DNA from: Aulosira sp. ZfuVER01
GTDB lineage: Bacteria > Cyanobacteriota > Cyanobacteriia > Cyanobacteriales > Nostocaceae
NCBI GenBank assembly: GCA_034530615.2
Contig: JAVRCV020000036.1
Coordinates: 115,792-179,791 of the forward strand
DNA length: 64,000 nucleotides
Reading direction: 5' to 3'
Part shown: in pieces, positions 47,354 to 55,803 of the stretch
Position numbering within the stretch: position 1 is the stretch's first letter
How the letters are laid out: each line of letters starts with the position of its first letter
The notes under the pieces: model-generated
Databases searched by the model: none
The model's input: the letters and a program-made list of their open reading frames with translations, nothing else
Told to the model about the DNA's origin: nothing
Translations under genes and position numbers: made by a program

Positions 47354-47600
47354 ATTTAAAACGCTGGCGAGATTTGACGTGATTTAACAGGTTGACAAAA
47401 GTGCGATCGCCTTAGCACTCCATAATTGCTTTTAAGCTATCGGATGTGAATGTATAAGTAGTACTACGTAATTTAGATACCTCTAATACTTTAGAGGTAT
47501 AATCTTTGAGGTATTTAGTTGTTGTAACGCGTGGCATAAACTGGCATACTGTAAGTGGAAAGATAAAAACAGAGAGATCGTTGTCCTGGTAGGAAAGCAA

Positions 47601-47987
47601 ATGGAGGGTACAAAACTTCAGACTGCCCAGCAAGCATTTGACTACCTTGCTCAAGGATGGGCAACAGGAAATTTTCAATCCTTCATTGATATGCTTGCTT
47701 CGGAGGTGGTGTTCTGGCTTCCGGTTGGCAAACAGCGGGACAAATCCTCTAAATATGAGGATAAACAGCAGATACTTGCAAGACTCCAGGCACGTACAGA
47801 GAGGGGCGATCGCCTCAAGTTCAACTCACCTGACCATGTTACCAGTAATGACACCACTGTCACATTTGAGTTTGAAAGTCAGGGAACCATTCGCAACCAG
47901 CCTTTTAAAGGTCGGAATGCAGTTTCTTTCGATATCAAAGATGACAAAATTGTTGGAGTGCGAGAGTATTTTGGCGACATTGATTGA
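47601..47987 (+). CDS. NTF2/SnoaL-like protein
   Basis: FIDMLASEVVFW...FDIKDDKIVGVREYFG pattern. Confidence 0.8.
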   Translation: MEGTKLQTAQQAFDYLAQGWATGNFQSFIDMLASEVVFWLPVGKQRDKSSKYEDKQQILARLQARTERGDRLKFNSPDHVTSNDTTVTFEFESQGTIRNQPFKGRNAVSFDIKDDKIVGVREYFGDID

Positions 47988-48077
47988 GAACGAGCGAAAA
48001 GGTTTGCCCGATGGTGACTGAATCTGAGAAAATCGAACATAGACTTTTAACATCCAACTTTAGGAAACACAAAAGAT

Positions 48078-48317
48078 ATGGCTGATAGTACAGAACTCAC
48101 CTCAACAGAGCAAAGCAACCCTGAAGAATTGACCGAGGCGATCGCAGAGTTGGAACAATATCGGGAACGCCTGGTTAACGATACCTTATCAATGGCGCAG
48201 CGTGCCAAAATTATGAAGGCGCAAGCACTTGCTAGTCTGGAACCTCAGCTAACCCAGATTGATGCAACTTTGGAAGCACTTCGCCAGCAGCAGTCATCTT
48301 TGAGCGCTGGTAATTAA
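48078..48317 (+). CDS. Small coiled-coil hypothetical protein upstream of cpeF
   Basis: 79-aa ORF with AGGA RBS, co-oriented 35 bp before cpeF. Confidence 0.7.
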   Translation: MADSTELTSTEQSNPEELTEAIAELEQYRERLVNDTLSMAQRAKIMKAQALASLEPQLTQIDATLEALRQQQSSLSAGN

Positions 48318-48352
48318 ATTATTTAACAATTAAAGATGATAGGGAATTTGTG

Positions 48353-49264
48353 ATGAGTCAGTCGCTCAACTCCGAAACTCCAGCAGTGGAAGATCCAATC
48401 CTGCGAGTTCAAGCTGAAAATGATGATCTGGTTCAAAGGGTAAATGAGCAGATTACGCTAGAAACTTTCGACTCTACAGATCAAAATACTCTTAAACAAC
48501 TGGTGGAGGGGTTGGGAGATCCACGGGGATTGGTGCGATTGCGGTTTGCCGAAACCTTGGGTGAAATTGGTGAACCAGCAACGCCATTTCTCGTGAAAGC
48601 ATTGGCAAATCATCCTAATGTAGTTGTACGGCGGGCTGCGGCGAAGACACTCACCCTCATTTCTGACCCCAGTGCTGTGCCAAACTTGCTCCATGCTTTT
48701 CTGAATGATGAAGATACGGTAGTTAGAAGTTCATCTGCTGGGGCGTTAGCCAGAACAGGAGAAACTGCTGTACCAGCGTTACTGGAAATCCTGGCATCAA
48801 ACGAGCATCCAGAGGATATTAAAGGTCACGCCGCATGGGCATTGGCGTTTATTGGATCGGAAGCAGCAGACCATCTATATAAAGCATTGAACGCCGCCTC
48901 TTTGGATGTCCGATGTGCCGTCATTGGGGCCCTTGGTCATGTAGCGCAAGAGCAGTCAGACGAAAAATCTTGCAACCTCCTGGTGTCTGCGTTGACCGAT
49001 CCAGAAGCGATCATTCGCACCGAAGCAGCAGCAGCATTAGGACAAGTGAATTATCCTCCCTCTGTGCCGCATTTGATTCTGGCTATTCAAGATACCGATT
49101 TAGATGTGAGGAAAGCGGCAATTAATTCCCTTGGGAAAATAGGCGATCGCACTGCATTAGAATCGTTACAGCCACTACTCAATGATGAACAAGAGGTGGT
49201 GCGGGTTCTAGCGAAATTAGCGATCGCCCAAATTGAACGTCACTCACAAGTAGATGATTGGTAA
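48353..49264 (+). CDS. cpeF: HEAT-repeat phycoerythrobilin lyase CpeF-like
   Basis: GDPRGLVRLRFAETLGEIGEPA and HPNVVVRRAAAKTLTLI PBS-lyase HEAT repeats; located in the phycoerythrin cluster. Confidence 0.75.
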   Translation: MSQSLNSETPAVEDPILRVQAENDDLVQRVNEQITLETFDSTDQNTLKQLVEGLGDPRGLVRLRFAETLGEIGEPATPFLVKALANHPNVVVRRAAAKTLTLISDPSAVPNLLHAFLNDEDTVVRSSSAGALARTGETAVPALLEILASNEHPEDIKGHAAWALAFIGSEAADHLYKALNAASLDVRCAVIGALGHVAQEQSDEKSCNLLVSALTDPEAIIRTEAAAALGQVNYPPSVPHLILAIQDTDLDVRKAAINSLGKIGDRTALESLQPLLNDEQEVVRVLAKLAIAQIERHSQVDDW

Positions 49265-49360
49265 GGTTCCCGTTCAGCTACGTTTAACAACATCTCACCA
49301 TCTCACGAGCCAAAGCTATAGTCGAGCGATGCCTGCACCTGGCGTAGCGATCGCACTACA

Positions 49361-49543
49361 TTAAAAGCTAAGAGGAGCTTCTACTTGGGTTTTAGTGAGT
49401 TCATATTCTTGCATAACTTCTTCTTTGCTCATACCACCAGCTAGAGAACCGATGACGATCGAAATGGGAACACGGGTTCCGGTAATGACGGGTGTGCCGT
49501 GGTGGATAGCGGGATCTACAGTGATATATGGGGCAATTTCCAT
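49361..49543 (-). pseudogene. DUF433 antitoxin-like gene, probably C-terminally truncated
   Basis: ITVDPAIHHGTPVITGTRVPI...EYELT motif; ends at 60 aa next to a HIP1-containing short repeat. Confidence 0.65.
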
Positions 49544-49722
49544 CGCTACCTTCTCAATGTTTGCTGTTTCTCTATTTTGCCTTGAAATTTTCTCTACCAA
49601 ATATTCATCAAACAACTTCCAACTCTCCAGTTCACCATAGACAAAAATGTGCATTTGGAGCGATACCTACGGCTGGCGTAGCGATCGCCCAAATTGCACG
49701 CCAGTCTGAAGACGATTGGTAA

Positions 49723-50049
49723 CTACATTCGGGAAAGAGAGCTAATTTTGGCAATCTTATCCCGATCAAGTCCCTTCAGTTCATCTAGATGTAACCATCC
49801 CTGTTTGATCAGATCTGCAAAAACAAACATGAGAACTGAATAGTTGTAATCATACTTGCCATCAATCTCATGTCTTCTGGCACTGAGAAAGTTATGCAAA
49901 CGCCAGATATCTTCTAACTCACAAACCTGACTGGCGTTGTTGCGAACTTCTTGAATCAGGGAGTTAATTTCTCGCTCGTATGCTTTCTGAAAGGCGGCTT
50001 GAGCAACTTCTTGTTCTAAATCAGACCAGCTAACTTCGTTTACCTTCAT
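49723..50049 (-). CDS. frp: Fluorescence recovery protein
   Basis: AFQKAYEREI, WRLHNFLSARRHEIDGKYD; immediately downstream of ocp. Confidence 0.95.
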   Translation of the reverse strand: MKVNEVSWSDLEQEVAQAAFQKAYEREINSLIQEVRNNASQVCELEDIWRLHNFLSARRHEIDGKYDYNYSVLMFVFADLIKQGWLHLDELKGLDRDKIAKISSLSRM

Positions 50050-50242
50050 GCTCTCATCCTAAAAGACTCTCCTCCAAGAGAGGATCTTCACTTTATAATA
50101 CGGTTTTGATATTAACTATTATGGGCACAGCAACGCCGTGCCCATAATTTTCGATAGTGTACTGCTTCAGATCGCAGATTTAGGATTACCCCGTTTCCCA
50201 AATATATTTCTGAGTCAGAACACAAGAAGAATGACTTTGGTA

Positions 50243-51202
50243 CTAGCGAACCAAATTTAGCAGCTCTTTTGGAGATGCTAGTAAGTCGATCGCCACAAAG
50301 AAGATTTTATTCTCAGGAGTTAGCAAGAATCTCCATGCCATATTCATTCCCACAGCAGCACCAAACCAGGGAGTTTGCACTTTACCTGTGACTTTGATTT
50401 GAGTGTAACCATCCTCTGCGGGTTCAGAAACACCACGCTCTGGTAATAACTTCAGGTTTTGACAATCTTCTCGGAAAAACCGATAGATTGCATCCTTACC
50501 TGCAATTGGTTTTTGAAAGGGAGGTTGTAAAGCACCATCAGGAACGAACAACTTAATCAACGCATCAAAGTCATTGGCATTTAAGTTATCCATGTAACTC
50601 AGAATGGTTGGATTATCAACGCCTTCGATAGCTACAGGAATCCGTTTATCCATATCTTTAGGTGGAACCACAGGTTCACTCACCTTGGTATAGCTGCCCA
50701 ACTTATTTGGATCAAACCCCATGTCAACTACAGAATTACGCAGAACGGTAATTTGCTGTCCAGCATCTAGCTCCCGAATTGCTCGTAGGACTGCTGTTGC
50801 ATTGGCCGATAGTCGATAACCTTCGGGAATGGGAGCGACAATACCCTGCTCCATCCACTCTCCAAGCTTATACCAAAAACCAAGCTTGATGTTTGCAGAC
50901 CAAGTTGCATAGGTGCGGCAAATCTGCGTATCAGCACGGTTTGCTAGGTCACACATCACCTGAGTTTGTTCTTGGAAAGACATTTTCCGCAACTCATCTA
51001 AAGTTGCTTCTGCAAATACCATGTTTGCGGCTCCTGGTGCAGCAATGGTAATTGTTTTACCCATTTCCAGATAAGCAAACCAGATGAGAGCTAGCTGATC
51101 TTCAGCACTCAGTTGATTAAAGCGGGCAATGGTTGCTGGAACTGAATCAGCAGCAAGTGTTTCAGGAAAGATACCGCGAGCTGAATCGATGGTAAAGGGC
51201 AT
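50243..51202 (-). CDS. ocp: Orange carotenoid protein (OCP1-type, linked to frp)
   Basis: MPFTIDSARGIFP, LIWFAY, KLGFWY, GKVQTPWFG, IDLLASPKELLNL. Confidence 0.97.
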   Translation of the reverse strand: MPFTIDSARGIFPETLAADSVPATIARFNQLSAEDQLALIWFAYLEMGKTITIAAPGAANMVFAEATLDELRKMSFQEQTQVMCDLANRADTQICRTYATWSANIKLGFWYKLGEWMEQGIVAPIPEGYRLSANATAVLRAIRELDAGQQITVLRNSVVDMGFDPNKLGSYTKVSEPVVPPKDMDKRIPVAIEGVDNPTILSYMDNLNANDFDALIKLFVPDGALQPPFQKPIAGKDAIYRFFREDCQNLKLLPERGVSEPAEDGYTQIKVTGKVQTPWFGAAVGMNMAWRFLLTPENKIFFVAIDLLASPKELLNLVR

Positions 51203-51609
51203 AGGTTTACCTTGAGTAGGGGTTGAAAGAGTATTAAGTTCAACGCTGAATTGGCGTTGAGAAATATATTTGTGTGGTTATGTTTAGTATTATTAACAAA
51301 ATGTAACTAAAAGTAAAGTAACTTAATAAAGTTTTGTAAGTATTCTCACAGAAATAGCAGTCAAAACCCCGTGGCTCGGGGATTTGCAGATAAAAAAATC
51401 TCCCATCAGTGATGGGAGGGCGCTAATATCTTTTGGTAATGCGATCGCAGTGACAGCATCAACTAGCAACCACGACTGCGTGACTAATTCAGACTTCGCA
51501 CAGCATGAGAACCATCAAATTGAACTCTGCCATTGACAATGCGATCGTCTAAAAACTTTATAACTGGGGAAATTTTACTAACTTCTTTACGATTGCTCTA
51601 TTGGGGTTG

Positions 51610-51693
51610 TTAGGTTCGCGTCTGCCACGATTTTGGATCGCGCCGACCGTGAAAAATAGCTGTCACAATAACCCGACTCGGTGCGTAATTCAT
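51610..51693 (-). pseudogene. Internally deleted RelE/ParE toxin
   Basis: 27 aa MNYAPSRVIVTAIFHGRRDPKSWQTRT, coupled (ATGA) to the antitoxin; only the start and the C-terminal ParE-type motif remain. Confidence 0.7.
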
Positions 51694-51914
51694 CGCTGTC
51701 TCTTAACAGATGCTTTGATTTCCTCCCAAGTCAGTAAATTACCAGGATTCGTTTCATAGTCATCAATCAGATAGTCAAGCTCCTGTTTTTGCGCTTCTGT
51801 CAAATCAGGGTAAGCTTGCTCGGTTGCAATACTGTCCCAGATCGCTTGCACAAGACGAATTCGCTCTTCTACGCTGAGGGCTGCAATTTCATTCAATGTA
51901 GCCGTGATGTCCAT
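51690..51914 (-). CDS. Addiction module antitoxin (TIGR02574-like)
   Basis: LSVEERIRLVQAIWDSI...LTEAQKQELD...TWEEIK. Confidence 0.85.
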   Translation of the reverse strand: MDITATLNEIAALSVEERIRLVQAIWDSIATEQAYPDLTEAQKQELDYLIDDYETNPGNLLTWEEIKASVKRQR

Positions 51915-52230
51915 GCAGAGTAATTTAAATCCAGAAGTAGGCGGTACACCTCAAATATAGCGGACAGGGTTTTGTCCATCAAATTGAACTCCAAAAAAAC
52001 ATCGAATGCTTCGTTAACTGTTCTAACCATTTTTCGCGAAAGGTGTTGGAATTCAAAAAACTATTCCACATTTAGTCTTTTATCTTACTAATGAGCGCTA
52101 AATATGGATGTTCTAAAATCCTAACTTCTGTTTTAGTATATTTGTACTAACAAATTGTAGGGATAACCGCACTGAGCAGTATTTTTAAGATGGAACACGG
52201 CCCAAAAAAGCCGATTGAGCCTTTGATTTA

Positions 52231-53424
52231 CTACTTTGTTGTGGCAGTTAAGAGAATGATTTGCTGCTTTTGGAGCGATCTCACATCCTCTAAACTTGCA
52301 TCCACTGACTGCAAAATTTGCTGTGTCGTTTTATTCCCATCACAGGCGAGGAGAAACTGCCACTCTGCATCATTAAGACGCACAATCTGATAGTCGTGAT
52401 TAAAGAATTGTTGACTATCTCGCCATCCCTGAATGCAAGGACTCGGTTCTGGGATTGCAGACATCAGTTTTGCATCTAATGCCCAATCTTCTCTAGCGAT
52501 CGGGTTGCGTCCTAAGAAAAACTCGTAGTGGGTAATGGCTTGCGGGTCAAGGAGTTCAATCAACCGATAGCGCTGGCGATCGCTTAAATTTTGAGAACGT
52601 TCAATCAGTTCTGGTGCTTTACCAATCAATCGTTGTAAATCCCAAATCTGCGGATTAGAAAAGCCGAGAAACTCCAACCCCGATGCATCTATTAATTCAA
52701 ACACCGTATTGATGTTGTAATCAATTTCCTGGGGATGCACATACATATCTGCAAAGTAGCCATCCCGTTGATTTTCCCAAGACCAACGTTCTTGTTCTCG
52801 CTTGCGGAGGCGGTTATCTTCTGGTAAAGAGGCAAATAGTTGTCGCCCAATTGCTACGCCATCAGTGTAATCGCCTCGTTGATCGCCTTGCAAAAGAGCG
52901 ATCGCCTCTTGCATCAATTTAATTTCCCAACGCCCCAGTTCACCATACACAAATATGTGCATTATCCCACCAGGCGATAGCTTTTTCGCTAAAGCTTGAA
53001 TCCCCCGAATTGGGTCAGGGGTATGGTGTAATACTCCCACACAGTTAATCAAATCAAACTCACCCGGAAGCTGTTCAACATCAAACAAACTCAGGTGCTG
53101 AAATTCTACCCTTGTTGCCCCTGATTTTTGACAACGCTCTTTGGCTACAGCTAATGCGCCAGCACTCAAATCAATGCCCACAACCGCCGCATTAGGATTG
53201 AGATGCACCAAGTATTCTGTTCCCACCCCTGTACCACACCCAGCGTCGAGGATGCGGACATTGTTATCGGAGGGTTTTTGTCCGGTACAAAAGTTATACG
53301 CCGTCAGCCAATTCCAGCGCCAGTTATAACCAGGAGGCGGTTCATCTAATAACGGTTCTGGGGGGAAGGGATAGGTATTGTAGAGTTTGGCAACTGCTGC
53401 ACTAATTTTTTGGGAATCTGACAT
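52231..53424 (-). CDS. cpcM: SAM-dependent methyltransferase, phycobiliprotein Asn methyltransferase CpcM-like
   Basis: LYNTYPFPPEPLLDEPPPGYNWRW, ILDAGCGTG, FADMYVHPQE; phycobilisome cluster context. Confidence 0.75.
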   Translation of the reverse strand: MSDSQKISAAVAKLYNTYPFPPEPLLDEPPPGYNWRWNWLTAYNFCTGQKPSDNNVRILDAGCGTGVGTEYLVHLNPNAAVVGIDLSAGALAVAKERCQKSGATRVEFQHLSLFDVEQLPGEFDLINCVGVLHHTPDPIRGIQALAKKLSPGGIMHIFVYGELGRWEIKLMQEAIALLQGDQRGDYTDGVAIGRQLFASLPEDNRLRKREQERWSWENQRDGYFADMYVHPQEIDYNINTVFELIDASGLEFLGFSNPQIWDLQRLIGKAPELIERSQNLSDRQRYRLIELLDPQAITHYEFFLGRNPIAREDWALDAKLMSAIPEPSPCIQGWRDSQQFFNHDYQIVRLNDAEWQFLLACDGNKTTQQILQSVDASLEDVRSLQKQQIILLTATTK

Positions 53425-53531
53425 GGCGGGAGAACAGTAATACGTAATTGATAATAGCCTGCGGCAAGCCCCTTTGCGTCAGGTAATTCGTGAATATCAA
53501 CAAGGTGCGATCGCCTAATTACTGAGGTCTT

Positions 53532-53993
53532 TTAAAACTCATTTTCCAACCGTGGGTCTTCTGCTGGTGGATGCCAACCACCTTTTACCCAAAGCCGACG
53601 CGCTTTGATAATAGAACCTTCGTTGTGAGACTCATCATTCAAATCTAAACGATTACAAGTACCTCGCCCTGTATCCGTAATACCAATAATTTTTAAGCCA
53701 TCTGTTGACCAAATAAAATGCTCAGACCATTTTTGTTTACGAGGATTGAAAAGAGGAATATTTTTTCCAGTTTCCGGGTCAATGCCAGTTGTAAAGTTGT
53801 AGCGATAGCCATTACAACGCTGACACGCCAATGCTAAATTATCAGGTTCATCCGATGAATTAGGAAAAGATTGGGGAATTATATGGTCGATTGCAAATAA
53901 AGCTGCACTTGCTTCTTCCAAAGCATGACAATATTCACACAGATATTTTGCTCGTTTCCTGACTAATTTTTTAGTCGCATCACTAACTGTCAT
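53532..53993 (-). CDS. HNH endonuclease
   Basis: CEYC, IDHIIP, NLALACQRCN, LFNPR. Confidence 0.9.
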   Translation of the reverse strand: MTVSDATKKLVRKRAKYLCEYCHALEEASAALFAIDHIIPQSFPNSSDEPDNLALACQRCNGYRYNFTTGIDPETGKNIPLFNPRKQKWSEHFIWSTDGLKIIGITDTGRGTCNRLDLNDESHNEGSIIKARRLWVKGGWHPPAEDPRLENEF

Positions 53994-54229
53994 GATTCGG
54001 CGATAACTTTAGCATTGAGCAAGGTAAAAATGCGATCGAGTTCTAATATTCCTGTTAGTTCAGCTTCTTCTTCCGATGTCAGCATATCAGTTTTTTTCTT
54101 CTCATTCAGTCGATCTAGCCGCGATTGTAGCTCTGGGGTAAATTTGAATAAATATAAATCTCTAACTTTGCTAATTTGGATTCCAGATTCAACCCAGAAT
54201 GAGGGTTGAACCATCATTTGAGTAATCAT
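53990..54229 (-). CDS. Small helical partner of the HNH nuclease (antitoxin-like)
   Basis: 79-aa ORF with a 4-bp overlap with the HNH start. Confidence 0.72.
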   Translation of the reverse strand: MITQMMVQPSFWVESGIQISKVRDLYLFKFTPELQSRLDRLNEKKKTDMLTSEEEAELTGILELDRIFTLLNAKVIAES

Positions 54230-54391
54230 GGTGGTAATAGATATAGTTTGATGTATGGTCGCATTCTAGCAATGAATCCTGTTGATGGTGTTTTTCAGGT
54301 TTTTTGTGAGTCTGTTGATTAGTCTCAACGTTGGTACAAATTTTGCTGTACAGATGTAACTGCGACAATTGTTAATTTTAGCTGCTGTCGA

Positions 54392-54544
54392 TTAATAGTC
54401 ACTGTCAGCCACACAAATTCCCTTACATTTGATGCCGTTTGTAGCTGTGCGCTGACAATGAGGACAGAGAATTTTTTCTGTTTCCGGAGCGATATTTGTA
54501 CTGGTACTGGCTTGGGGTTGGTCTTTGTCGGTTTGGAGGTTCAC
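54392..54544 (-). CDS. Small Cys-rich protein (CxxC-x9-C-x3-C), not in the ORF track
   Basis: GTG start, 50 aa ending CPHCQRTATNGIKCKGICVADSDY; co-oriented 95 bp downstream of cpeZ. Confidence 0.65.
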   Translation of the reverse strand: MNLQTDKDQPQASTSTNIAPETEKILCPHCQRTATNGIKCKGICVADSDY

Positions 54545-54639
54545 GGTTATCAGGGTAAAGGAACTTTTTTGTGGTTTATTTTTACATTTTACAAACCACA
54601 GCGATTCTCCCTACCAAGCTATTTTTCGTCCTGTTGGTA

Positions 54640-55254
54640 TTATTTTTCTCCTCGCTGAAACTTTACCGTCATCTCTAGGCGAGATAATGCACTGGTGGCA
54701 GACTCGCGCACATAAGAATCGGTTGATTCATCCTGAATTAGAGATTGTAACACTTCCACACCGCGGCTATCGCCAATAGAGGCTAGGGCATTTACCAAGG
54801 AAATTCCCAGCGCTGGGTTATCTGTGGTTTGCAATGCCTCAATCAAAACATCGACAACGGGGGAACCAATCTCACCCAGCGCCATAACAGCGGCAATATG
54901 CACCACGGGATTGGGGTCATTGAGGGCAGTCTTTAAACCCTGTACGCCTTCAGCGGCAAAGGGAACCTCTGGATGATTAATGGCGACTTGTGCTAGTGCT
55001 TTGGCGGCACTTCCCCGAACTGTGACATTCTCACTATTGAGCAAGGCTTGAACCAGAGGAGTCACTGCATCAGGGCCGATCGCTCCCAAGGCTTTGACAG
55101 CTGCTCGCCGATAGGTGGTATCCTCTTCATCGAGAATACTCATCAGGCGAGGGATAGTTGTCTCATCTGGATTCTCAGCCAATGCCCACATTGCTTGGTC
55201 GCGCAGATGAGGGTTGGGGTGTTTCAGTTGTTGGAATAGTTCTTCTGTAGACAT
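54640..55254 (-). CDS. cpeZ: Phycoerythrin lyase-associated HEAT protein CpeZ
   Basis: LKHPNPHLR, YRRAAVKALG, DPNPVVHIAAVMALG; downstream of cpeY. Confidence 0.88.
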   Translation of the reverse strand: MSTEELFQQLKHPNPHLRDQAMWALAENPDETTIPRLMSILDEEDTTYRRAAVKALGAIGPDAVTPLVQALLNSENVTVRGSAAKALAQVAINHPEVPFAAEGVQGLKTALNDPNPVVHIAAVMALGEIGSPVVDVLIEALQTTDNPALGISLVNALASIGDSRGVEVLQSLIQDESTDSYVRESATSALSRLEMTVKFQRGEK

Positions 55255-55297
55255 TGTTTTGAATTAAAAGATATTTAGCAAACAGGATGGTAATAAT

Positions 55298-55777
55298 TCA
55301 CGAATCAGAAACTAGATCTAAGCGCATTTCATTGCTTTCCTTAAATTCCAAACTACTATAAAGTGGTTTCCCAGAAGGTGATGCATGAAGAATCGCTCTA
55401 GTGCAATTGAGGGATTGGAGATGAGCGATCGCCATTTGAGTTAGGCGTTTAGCGATTCCTTGTTGACGATATGCTGGCTCAACATAAACTCCCCAAATAT
55501 ACCCATATTTTCTTTGCTGTTCATCGAGAATATGGGGATACAATCCGGCAAATAGTTGGCATCCTGCGGAACCAACAATTTCTGAGTTGATTTCGGCAAT
55601 GAAGGCTGTGTAAGCTAGTGTTTGACGTGCATTATTGATAAATTGCAGAGTTGTCTCTAGCCAATTAGCTTGAATGGATGCTTCTGGAACGTTATTATCA
55701 CGCCATAGCTGGAAAAAATGACGCGCAATCGTTGCATCATCATCTACATTGGCTTCTCTAAAGTAGATAGCATCCAT
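55298..55777 (-). CDS. GNAT family N-acetyltransferase
   Basis: VYVEPAYRQQGIA acetyl-CoA motif; LHASPSGKPLY. Confidence 0.9.
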   Translation of the reverse strand: MDAIYFREANVDDDATIARHFFQLWRDNNVPEASIQANWLETTLQFINNARQTLAYTAFIAEINSEIVGSAGCQLFAGLYPHILDEQQRKYGYIWGVYVEPAYRQQGIAKRLTQMAIAHLQSLNCTRAILHASPSGKPLYSSLEFKESNEMRLDLVSDS

Positions 55778-55803
55778 AGGTGGGGATTTCGACTAACGAT
55801 CAG

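Noticed and set aside
49544..49654. N-terminal extension of the DUF433 ORF
   Set aside because: It derives from a cpcM-like fragment and filler sequence; the DUF433 start is 49543.
51290..51307. HLR1/RpaB-like site upstream of ocp (minus strand GTTACATT-TT-GTTAATAA)
   Set aside because: The second half-site is degenerate and the region is AT-rich; plausible but not supportable from sequence alone.
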